46,665 nucleotides of DNA from Catajapyx aquilonaris (taxonomy: Eukaryota): the NCBI GenBank assembly GCA_000934665.2, contig KZ538170.1, forward strand, positions 62,001 to 108,665. The letters run 5' to 3'. The notes beneath the pieces were generated by a model, which made no database searches, had not been told where the DNA came from, and was given only the letters and a program-made list of their open reading frames with translations. Positions 1 to 9,394 of this stretch are shown in pieces; the first letter of the stretch is position 1, and every line of letters begins with the position of its first letter. Made by a program: the position numbers and the translations under genes.

Positions 1-615
1 TGCAATTATTTTTTGCTATGTAATTTCTCAATTATAGGCACTTTTACTATTACGCTTATTCAGGCTTTTTCTTCCTTAATAAATTCAGTCACCTATTGAA
101 AGTGGAGATTTTTTGTTGTGAATTTGAAATCTGAGATGAAAATCAAACTTGGTCAAATAAAACATGCCGTGTGTCGCAGAATTAGTTGAACAGTTTAAAC
201 ATATTATGAACTACCACATAAAATAAAAGGAAAGAAGTTCAACCTTGACATTTGTAGGAGAAAGTATGAAACAATTTGTGTGCAGTATTGAAACAATAAC
301 TACAACGTGGAATGAGTATTGATGCTGTTTGCATTTATTTCTCACAATATTACATTGTTTGCTAAAATATTCGACGTATTGATCAGTGATCACAGAGAGA
401 CGTTAGAATGCAGTTCATATTTCTGAATCTTTAGCTCAGAAACCATGGGATGGAGAACATAAGTCTCAAAATATTTATATTCACTTCTGCATGTCACTGT
501 GTTATATTATTCAGTGATTCATGGTACTCTGTAAGTGTAAGAATTAGGCACTATGGTACTTTCTCAGTAACAAGTGGACTGTACTTGAATTTATTTCTCA
601 AGAATACTAATAGGG

Positions 616-1110
616 CTACTTGATCGGATACGACATACATTCTGCAAGACCCACAAACAAAGAGATTGTTATTCCCACAGACCAAAGCATAAAGGCGGTC
701 TTAAGATCCTCCAATGAATACGCGCCTTCCAGAGACTCGATTATTTCTTCTCTCAAATTATTTTTTTCGGATTTCAGACAACATCGCAATGTAAAACACG
801 TAGTCTTCTTCTTGTTGCCATTTGTCCAATAGACCACTATCAGCAAATACTTGTGCAGTTGCTTATCACATGGGGTAGTGTACGTACCCTTCACCTCGAC
901 CAAAACCTATTCCAGAGAAAGTGAAGAAATATTATTTCGGCTGAATCATCATTTTGCTCTCTCCATTGTTGTTGACATAGGTACTCATCAGGCAAATACA
1001 TTCTGGTCCCAACAATCACCAGGTGACCATGAAGGTCTCTGCTGTAGTCTTGGTACAAATATTGTAATTAGACTCACTATTCCGATGCACTTGCCCGAGA
1101 CTGACCACAC
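616..1110 (-). pseudogene. Ionotropic receptor (IR) pseudogene with two large internal deletions, in-frame stops and a frameshift
   Basis: 616-988 matches the 3' end of the IR at 1754-3712 (GAYSLEDLKTAFMLW vs GAYSLEDLKAAFILW). One frame reads MSTYVNNNGESKMMIQPK*YFFTFSGIGFGRGEGYVHYPM**ATAQ..KWQQEEDYVFY, with stops, then a frameshift in the A/T run near 762-767. 989-1110 matches IR1 ~2967-3090, so about 835 bp are missing. After ~1110 the sequence jumps to IR 5'-flank-like DNA, so the start codon is lost. Confidence 0.9.
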
Positions 1111-1753
1111 CTGATAGGTCGATTGTTGTGTTGCGCAGTATACTTGATATTAAAATTTAATTTTTATGCGGGAGGTGGGAGGCTTGACATTTGTGTAAAA
1201 AGTAATCTATTAATGGTCTCCCTTTTACAAAAGGCGTTCATGTTCACCTGTGGCTTTTAAAGGAGTATTGAATGTATAGTATTACATAAGTGTTCAAATA
1301 GTGCTATTATACAAAACGCGCAAAATTGTGCTTTCTCGATTATTCTTCGAGAAATATTAAATATTTCAACAGTCTTACTAAAACCTGAATATCCACAGCT
1401 AGCAGTATTGACATGATCCATTGAATAGCTATTCATGCCATTGAAAAGCTAGCGACATATTCAATCATTATTGAATCAAGGAAGAGGATTACATATAGCA
1501 CGGTACACATTGCACTGCAGTCCAAGTAAAATAGAGAGGAATCTATTAACTAATGAACACTGTGCAGAATACGTCATGGTTGACCTTTGCCTCTATATGA
1601 GTTATTGACTTTATAACGACGTTCATTCACACTCACTAGATGTGAATGGGAATTCCCGTCGTTTACTTTCGAGTTGCAATACATTCACTCTACTTAAAAA
1701 GACGCTAGTACAAGTAAGGTATATTTGCTCCGAATATGAATGCAGGAATCAGT

Positions 1754-3712
1754 TCATTTCCTCATTTCATTTGATAAGATCAGGATATACTCCACCAGAC
1801 CTACTGACATAGAAGTAACCACACCGACAATCCAAAGAATGAAAGCAGCCTTAAGATCCTCCAATGAATACGCGCCTTTCAGAGACTCCATTACTTCTTC
1901 TCTCAGAACATCTTTGCGAATGTCAGGCAACTTTGCAAAGAAATACACGTAGTCTTCTTCTTGTTGCCATTTTGGCAACAGACCACTTTCAACCAACAAT
2001 TTTGCAGTAGCTATCACATGTGGAACATATACTTCGCCTCGACCAAAAGCTATTCCGGAGAAGGAGAAATAATATTCGTCTGGCAAAGCCATTACTTTGC
2101 TCCCCCCATTGTTAGTGACAAATGTACTCATTTCTCTATTCTCGAACATACTACATATCATGCAAACAAAATTGCTCTGAAGAACTTGTTCCAAGCATTC
2201 ATATCGTGAGTTCATGACTGTTGCTTTCTTGACGATAGCGTGATATTTCTCATCATCTATTAAAGGCAAAGAAGCATGCAGAAGCAAGTACTCCGACAGT
2301 GGCATTCCCACTTCGAAGTCGGAATCGATTATTTCCTGAAAATCGTGAGGAATATATTCCTTATCAGGAGATGTGATAAAGGCAACAAGCTTGGTCTTGT
2401 AGGCACAGCTGATGATAGAAGCAAATAACCAAAAAAAGGCGAGACAAAATTTTAGCGACATAAGAGGTGGCAATTTCATGGGTTGTTCTATGAGTACGCG
2501 AAAGTGAATATTCAGAGAATGCAGGAACATGAGATTACGTGAATTGATTTGAAAATACTTACACAAAATACAACAAACCGTGACACCAGAAAAGAGAGTG
2601 CTTATCGCGACAGCAAACCACATGGTAAGCGTGAATGGATAAAGGAGAACTTTCCATGATATCCCAACAGATCTGGGGACACGACTCACTGCTATTCCGT
2701 GCCAAAGAATGGAAGGATAGGACAATTCCATATGTTCCGTTGAATATTCGTTGGCGACCACTGAAAAGGATATGTGAACATTTCCCATCAAAATGTCATC
2801 TGCAATTTCTGTCCAGGATTCGTTCAAACCAAGTTCATATGACGAAGATGGGGGATCTTGAAGATACGTGTCCGCATTACAGTTCAAATATTGTTTTATG
2901 GCGTTCATTGCTAACCCTATACTTGTTACAGACCCTTCTCCAAATCTGACATTCTTCTTCGTAATCTCCGGAATATACATCCTGCTGCCAACAATCACTT
3001 GATGACCGTGGAGGTCTCTGCTGTAGTCCGGGTACAGATTGTAATTACACTCACCCTGCTGGTCCACTTGTCCGAGTCTGGCCACGCTTGTATGACCTTG
3101 GTTGCAGAAGAAGCAGGCAGTGGAGAGGTCCATTGCATTTCGATCTGGGTCGTACCTGGCCATCAACTTGAACCGAATTCCAGACGCGGTTGTGGACAAG
3201 AGTGTTTCTTCTGGGTTGGAGTCAGGTGTCATCCAGAAGAGAAACCGGTCGTAGAGATTCCTCAGGTTGGCCACTGAGGCCAGGTGAACCAACAGGTTGG
3301 GAAGAGTCTCTTGAGACGAGGGGATCAGGATGTTGAAGGCGCAGTCAGATCCGGGCCAGAAGCTTGAACGTAGCTCAGGAGGCATTGTTGTGAAGGAAAA
3401 CAACTCCTTCTGGCTCTTCAGGTTGGGGTAATTTTTGTGTGAGAACGTGAAGTTTTCCATGCGAGTGATGAGGACAGAACGATAGTTGCCATTAGCTCTC
3501 TTGATCTCAGTTAACTTGGCAACACCTCTCTTTGTGTCACTTGCTACCACCATGGAGCAGGAAGAGAATAGTTTCTCTGTGTGTCTTTGGATGAAATTTT
3601 CCATCAATATCTCTTCATAATCCTGGATAACACTTATTTGAACGTCATTGTTCGTGACTATTGGTGAAATCTTTGCAGCAATAAGCATCAGGTGAATAGC
3701 GATGATTTCCAT
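1754..3712 (-). CDS. Variant ionotropic glutamate receptor / ionotropic receptor (IR1 of array), intronless, 652 aa
   Basis: Long uninterrupted ORF; first ATG at 3712 gives a signal-peptide-like N-terminus (the ORF track starts at an upstream TTG). It has an S1 segment (ESWTEIADDILMGNVHIS..MELSYP), LLYPFTLTMW before TM1, a pore region (RVLIEQ), TM3 (CAYKTKLVAFITSP, related to SYTANL), S2 (GIAFGRG..LVESGLLPKW) and a final TM (SLEDLKAAFILWIVG). Confidence 0.9.
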   Translation of the reverse strand: MEIIAIHLMLIAAKISPIVTNNDVQISVIQDYEEILMENFIQRHTEKLFSSCSMVVASDTKRGVAKLTEIKRANGNYRSVLITRMENFTFSHKNYPNLKSQKELFSFTTMPPELRSSFWPGSDCAFNILIPSSQETLPNLLVHLASVANLRNLYDRFLFWMTPDSNPEETLLSTTASGIRFKLMARYDPDRNAMDLSTACFFCNQGHTSVARLGQVDQQGECNYNLYPDYSRDLHGHQVIVGSRMYIPEITKKNVRFGEGSVTSIGLAMNAIKQYLNCNADTYLQDPPSSSYELGLNESWTEIADDILMGNVHISFSVVANEYSTEHMELSYPSILWHGIAVSRVPRSVGISWKVLLYPFTLTMWFAVAISTLFSGVTVCCILCKYFQINSRNLMFLHSLNIHFRVLIEQPMKLPPLMSLKFCLAFFWLFASIISCAYKTKLVAFITSPDKEYIPHDFQEIIDSDFEVGMPLSEYLLLHASLPLIDDEKYHAIVKKATVMNSRYECLEQVLQSNFVCMICSMFENREMSTFVTNNGGSKVMALPDEYYFSFSGIAFGRGEVYVPHVIATAKLLVESGLLPKWQQEEDYVYFFAKLPDIRKDVLREEVMESLKGAYSLEDLKAAFILWIVGVVTSMSVGLVEYILILSNEMRK

Positions 3713-4175
3713 CACAAAAGTATACGTACTCAGTCTTGGTCGTAAGCTTGTCAACTGCTGTTAAAGTTCAATTTTTGTGGTGTGGGAGGGTTGACACTGC
3801 TTTCAAAAGTAATCTATTAATGGACTACGACCTTTCACAAAAAGGCCTTCATCTTGACATCTTCCTTTACGCGCAGTATAAATCAATCAAATACGGATCA
3901 ATTGAACAGGCACTCAAAAGCGATAGGTATATGCTACCTTATTATGAAACAGAGAAGACATTGCACAGTACTCAGTGTGCAGCAGTCCAAGTCAAATAGG
4001 TGCTGTTTAATAATTACTGAAGGAATCTATTAACTAATGGACATTGTACAGAATACGTCATGGTTGACCTTTGCGTCTATAATGAATAATTATTGACTTC
4101 TGGGCGATAACAAGAAGTGCTCGTTGTTTACTTTTGCATTACATTCACTCTACTATTTGATCAGAATATGTGGAA

Positions 4176-6134
4176 TCAGTTACTTTCTTCTTTTAATTTG
4201 ATAAGATGAGTAATACACTCTCCGAGACCCACGAACATAGAAATAATCACACCACCAATCCAAACAATGAAAGCAGCTTGCAAATCCTGTAGTGCGTAAG
4301 CGTCCTCCAAATAATTAGCAAATTCAGCTTGAATGTTACTTTTCCGGATTTCGGGCAACTTGGACAGATAGTACATGTAGTTTTCTTCCTCGTGCCATTT
4401 ACCATGGATACCACAGTCAAAATGGATCCGAGCTGCAGCCATCACAAGTGGGGCGTACACCTCTCCTCGACCAAAACCCATTCCAGAAAACATGAACAGG
4501 AACTCTTCTGACAGAGTTGCCATCATCCTCTCACCTTTGCTGTTCACATATGTTCTCATTTCTTTTTCCGCATAAACACTACTTATTATGCAGACAAAAT
4601 CACTCTGAAGAAGTCTATCCAAACATTCCCGAATTGATAATGTAGGCTCTGCTCTGCTGAACAACTCTTCATACATCTGATTTTCCATCGATGATACCAT
4701 GGCACGCATTAACACGTACTCTGCTACGGGAACTCCCACATTAAAGTCGGACTTGAGTATTTCCTCAACATTTTGAGGAATGTACTCCTTATCAGGAGAT
4801 GCAATTAATGCCACAAGCTTGGTCTTATAGGCACAACATATTGTTAAAGCAAACAGCCAAAATATTCCAGCACAAAATTTCAGTAGCACAACAGGTGGCA
4901 GGCTCATTGGCTGCTCAATGAGTATGCGAAAGTGAATGCTGAAGGAATTTGAAAATGTATGAAACCCTGATCTTTTCTGAAAATATTGGTTCAAAATCAA
5001 CCATGTAGTGACGCAAGAAAATAGAGTGCTTAACATAACGGCAAGCCACATGGTAGGCGTGAATGGATAAATGAGAACTTTCCACGACTTTCCAAAAGAT
5101 CTGGGGACACGAGTCACTGCTATTCCACGCCAGAATACGGTAGGGAACGATAATTCCATATGTTCCGTGGAATACTCAGTGGCAATAACTGCGAAGGACA
5201 TGTGAACATTTCCCATCAAAATGTCATCCGCAATTCCTGTCCATGTCTCGTTGAATTCAAGGTCATCTGAATTAGACGGAGGATCTTGAAAATACATTTG
5301 CACATCAGCTTTCAAATCTTCATTAATGCAGCGCAACACTAACCCAAATAATGTAACAGGTCCTTCGTCGACTTTACTTCTACTCCAACCGTCTGGCACA
5401 TACATCCTGCTGCCAACAATCACTTTATGACCGTGGAGGTCACTGCTGTAGTCTGGGTACAAATTGTAATGAAACTTAGAGTGCTGGTCCACTTGACCCA
5501 GTTTGACCACACTTGCTTCACCTGCATTGCAGAAGAAGCAGGCAGTGGAGAGGTCCATTGCATTTCGATCTGGGTCGTACCTGGCCATCAACTTGAACCG
5601 AATTCCAGACGCAGTCGTGGACAAGAGTGTTTCTTCTGGGTTGGAGTCAGGTGTCATCCAGAAGAGGAACCGGTCGTAGAGATTCCTCAGGTTGGCCACT
5701 GAGGCCAGGTGAACCATCAGGTTGGGAAGAGTCTCTTGAGACGAGGGGATCAGGATGTTGAAGGCGCAGTCAGATCCGGGCCAGAAGCTTGAACGGAGCT
5801 CAGGAGGCATTGTTGTGAAGGAAAACAACTCCTTCTGGCTCTTCAGGTTGGGGTAATTTTGGTAGGAGAACGTGAAGTTTTCCATGCGAGTGATGAGCAA
5901 TGAACGATAGTTTCTATTGGCTTCACTGACTGCAGTTAATTTGGCGATGCCCTCTTGGGTCTCACTTGCTACGACCAAGGAGCAGGACGAAAAGAGTTCG
6001 TCTCCATGTCGCCGCAAGAAATCCGACATCAACAATTCCTCCTGATCATAGAGTGCACTTACTTGAACTTGAATGTCGGCAGCCACTCGTGTCAGGATTG
6101 TAACAAGAATAAGGTGAACTGCGATTGTTGCCAT
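4176..6134 (-). CDS. Ionotropic receptor (IR2 of array), intronless, 652 aa
   Basis: Paralog of IR1 with the same CDS length (1959 nt): signal peptide, ETWTGIADDILMGNVHMS, LIYPFTPTMW, CAYKTKLVALIASP, GMGFGRG, ALQDLQAAFIVWIGG. Confidence 0.9.
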   Translation of the reverse strand: MATIAVHLILVTILTRVAADIQVQVSALYDQEELLMSDFLRRHGDELFSSCSLVVASETQEGIAKLTAVSEANRNYRSLLITRMENFTFSYQNYPNLKSQKELFSFTTMPPELRSSFWPGSDCAFNILIPSSQETLPNLMVHLASVANLRNLYDRFLFWMTPDSNPEETLLSTTASGIRFKLMARYDPDRNAMDLSTACFFCNAGEASVVKLGQVDQHSKFHYNLYPDYSSDLHGHKVIVGSRMYVPDGWSRSKVDEGPVTLFGLVLRCINEDLKADVQMYFQDPPSNSDDLEFNETWTGIADDILMGNVHMSFAVIATEYSTEHMELSFPTVFWRGIAVTRVPRSFGKSWKVLIYPFTPTMWLAVMLSTLFSCVTTWLILNQYFQKRSGFHTFSNSFSIHFRILIEQPMSLPPVVLLKFCAGIFWLFALTICCAYKTKLVALIASPDKEYIPQNVEEILKSDFNVGVPVAEYVLMRAMVSSMENQMYEELFSRAEPTLSIRECLDRLLQSDFVCIISSVYAEKEMRTYVNSKGERMMATLSEEFLFMFSGMGFGRGEVYAPLVMAAARIHFDCGIHGKWHEEENYMYYLSKLPEIRKSNIQAEFANYLEDAYALQDLQAAFIVWIGGVIISMFVGLGECITHLIKLKEESN

Positions 6135-6956
6135 TGTAAAAGGTCGTATTCACCAATCTTTGAAATGGCAGAGACTGGTCTGTTGCGCAGTTCTTTTACA
6201 TTCTAAAGGTCAGTTGACAAAGTGTAGGTATTGACACACTGTATAGGGGAAAGAAATCTAGTAATGGGCTGTAACGAGGGCGTCAATGATGATTCGCGCC
6301 ACCCTCTTGATAAAAGTAATGCCTTTTATTGAAATGCCAATACTTCTTTTTACATAATTAGAGTACATTTCTCATTGTCTGTTAGCTGCATTGTAAGTAT
6401 TTCAAGGGTACTAGTACATAGTGATATAAGGAATAAATTCAATTACTATTTTGTAAAGGTAAATGTGGGGCTAATAAAATATTCAAAAATTCAGTTTAAA
6501 ATAGTTTTATTTGTTATACTCTTATACAGTATTATTTCTGCTAATTATTTGTTATATTGTTATTAGATTTTTACAGTATTATTGCAACTAATCACATTAT
6601 TATTGCTTATTATTACATCATTGTACAATAAATATTTTCACGTAATGTTTTCACGTTGTTGACTAGGAGCTCTTGGACTATCTGTTTGTGTTATATAAAT
6701 TGGTTAAATAAAAATGTGCTCATTTTTTCAATTCAAACATGAGAGTTTTGATTGTGAACAAGATAAAGGCCTGACAATAACCAATCAAATGCTAGAAGGC
6801 AAAGAAAATCATAACTTACATTTGAAACTTGCTGCACCCAAATAGTAACGGTTATGTCACATTTTCCTCCCAGGAAAAACTGGAGAATAACTCTAGACAA
6901 GTTAGTGAGACTACATTTTTAAAACTATTATCACGTTATGTGGGAAATTGATTTTG

Positions 6957-8921
6957 CTATTTACTATTTGCAATGCAGCATTTACATTTCGAAAATATTA
7001 CTTTCTTGGATGCAATTTCTATCAGGAATATTATGAGCGATACACCTAACCCAATTAACAGCACGTAAAATGTACCATGCATCTCTGATAGAGAAAGCGA
7101 CATTTCCGTAATGAAACGCAGGGAATCTTCCCTGTTCTTCGAGCGAATACTAGGCAGATCTCTCAATATCATCTGAAATTGCTGATACGACAACCACTTC
7201 TTCAAAATGCGGGACTCGAACAATCGCATAATGTAACTACTCACTGCAGGCGAATACACCTCACCTTTTCCAAAGGCGACTCCGCTGTAAATTTCGAAAA
7301 ATTGCACAGGAGGTGTGTTCAATTCGGAATCACCCGATCCGTCAATGAAATATATTTTATCATACTCTAAAAATAAAACATTGAGAAAGCAAGCGAAGTC
7401 AGAGTGGAGGGTCTGGTTCAGGCAATCTTTACCAGTGGTGAACGTTTCAGGCGATGAAAGATCAAATATGTAGTGATATAAAGGATCTTTGATTAAAGGA
7501 AGCATTACTCTGGATATGAAATAATCCAGTATTGTCATACCCCACTTGAAATTCGACAATAGCAAACTCTCTAAATCATCAGGAACCGATTCTTTAGGAG
7601 GGGAAGCCAGGAAAGAGGCCAATTTTGTCTTGTAACCGCAGGATACGATAATGCAAAAGATCCAGAAAAACGGTATAAATTTGCGAACATGTGAGGTTTC
7701 CAGGACTGGTACAGACTGCTCAAGTGCTGCTCTATAAATTAGTAGGAAAGAGCGCATGCAGTGTGCTCTAGAACGTACTGATTTCAGCAAGTACGTTACC
7801 AGACTGGACACTGCAATCACAGCCAGACATGCAAGCCACATGCCCAAACTGTTCGGATATAACACGATAGTAGAAGACAAGACTGGTCGTGGTTTTCGAG
7901 TAGCAAATGTCGTTCCAATGTAGATGTACGGAAAGGACAAGTCGACATAACGAAGAGATTCTGAGGAGTACAGTACCAGCGGTGAAAACCCAATTTCGCC
8001 ATTTAAAATTGAGCCGATGCTTCCGGACCACGATCCGTTCGAGTACTGCTGATCAATGTTGTATGTAAAAACATTGATGTCATAAGGCACAATGTTCATG
8101 CCGAATCTTTTCTCCAAATTGAATACAAATTTTTCAGGCGCTTCCAGCTTGTTCTCTCCGTACTTACTCTTCTTCTCCTTGAGTGACAGTCCAGTGGTGC
8201 TACCCCATGTCCACATAGCAAATGAAGCCATGCTCACACTTTTCCCATGCAAATCGAAGCTGGTGTCAGGAAACAATCCGGTTGCACTTGCCCCTCGGTA
8301 TGATCCCATGTCTGTCACTGTCGGATTTCCATCGTCGCAGAAGAAGCAGACCGTCGAGAGTGAGAGAACATCCGTGTGAAAGGCAGCCATGAGTTTGAAC
8401 CTGACTCCGGATGAGATGGGCGACAGAAGAGCTTCTTTAGAATCCGCCTCGTGCGGCATCAGGTAGAGGAACTTGTCGTGTAGGTTTCGAAGGGAGGTGA
8501 AGGAGGCCAGATGGACCATTAGTTTCGGGAGGGTTTGGGTCGAGGCGGGTATGAGGACGTTGAAGGTGCAGTGTGATCCGGGCCAAAATTTGGACCGAAG
8601 CTGTGGGGGCATGCTGGTGAAGGAGAACAGGTCTTGCTGGCTAGTCAGTCCAGGGTAATTGCGGTGGGTGAAAGGGAAGCTGTGCATGTGAGTCATGACC
8701 ACTGTGCGGTACTGGGAGTGAGAGTATTGTATCGCTTCAAACTTGCTCAAGTCCAGTCTGTTTGTGTCCTTTGCCACTACCAGTGCACACGAATCCTCCG
8801 TGAGAATCTGCCTCACAAGAGATGACATCAAGTGATTTTCTGCTGAATCGCGAATCAAACGCACTCTAGCTTGTAACAGTACGGGAAAAGTCAAAGACAT
8901 CAGGACAAGTTGGACGATCAT
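6957..8921 (-). CDS. Ionotropic receptor (IR3 of array), intronless, 654 aa
   Basis: Signal peptide; NGSWSGSIGSILNGE, YVDLSFPY, CGYKTKLASFLASP, GVAFGKG, LFESRILKKW, LSLSEMHGTFYVLLIG. Typical IR architecture. Confidence 0.9.
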   Translation of the reverse strand: MIVQLVLMSLTFPVLLQARVRLIRDSAENHLMSSLVRQILTEDSCALVVAKDTNRLDLSKFEAIQYSHSQYRTVVMTHMHSFPFTHRNYPGLTSQQDLFSFTSMPPQLRSKFWPGSHCTFNVLIPASTQTLPKLMVHLASFTSLRNLHDKFLYLMPHEADSKEALLSPISSGVRFKLMAAFHTDVLSLSTVCFFCDDGNPTVTDMGSYRGASATGLFPDTSFDLHGKSVSMASFAMWTWGSTTGLSLKEKKSKYGENKLEAPEKFVFNLEKRFGMNIVPYDINVFTYNIDQQYSNGSWSGSIGSILNGEIGFSPLVLYSSESLRYVDLSFPYIYIGTTFATRKPRPVLSSTIVLYPNSLGMWLACLAVIAVSSLVTYLLKSVRSRAHCMRSFLLIYRAALEQSVPVLETSHVRKFIPFFWIFCIIVSCGYKTKLASFLASPPKESVPDDLESLLLSNFKWGMTILDYFISRVMLPLIKDPLYHYIFDLSSPETFTTGKDCLNQTLHSDFACFLNVLFLEYDKIYFIDGSGDSELNTPPVQFFEIYSGVAFGKGEVYSPAVSSYIMRLFESRILKKWLSYQQFQMILRDLPSIRSKNREDSLRFITEMSLSLSEMHGTFYVLLIGLGVSLIIFLIEIASKKVIFSKCKCCIANSK

Positions 8922-9394
8922 GCTTGAATTATCCGCAAAGAACTGAACTTAACACAATCCGTACCTCCTAATGTCGCTGTAAGACAAAAGACTGGAACAG
9001 GAAAATTGTCAAGATCCATCTAGTTACGTGACAGATTTATTGCATTTCGTTTGACAAATAAAGGCGTGCACATGACTGTGTAAGAGCCGTAAAGTGAAAT
9101 GCCTTTTGTGTTACATTGATTGAACTGTCCATTAAGAGACACAGGAAACATCTAACATCAAAATCAGAGTAAAGAGGTGGAACAATTTGTTAAAACTCAA
9201 TAATCTGTAAGGTGACGTGTTCATATTAATACAATATTAACAATATTACCTGCATGTTACAATGTAATATTGCATTTACATAGTGTTACTGTACAATATT
9301 AGTAAAGCATGATGATAAAATAACAATAAAAATACAACATTATTGTACATGAATGCAAATATTTTACATTTGCTCATGTTTACATAAAGCAGGC

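Noticed and set aside
521..536. ATGGTACTCT|GTAAGT as a candidate Shisa first exon (phase-1 donor)
   Set aside because: It encodes only three residues after an in-frame stop and gives no signal peptide.
3713..3754. N-terminal extension of IR1 in the ORF track (TTG start)
   Set aside because: Non-ATG start in a eukaryote; the ATG at 3712 gives a signal peptide and exactly the same length as IR2.
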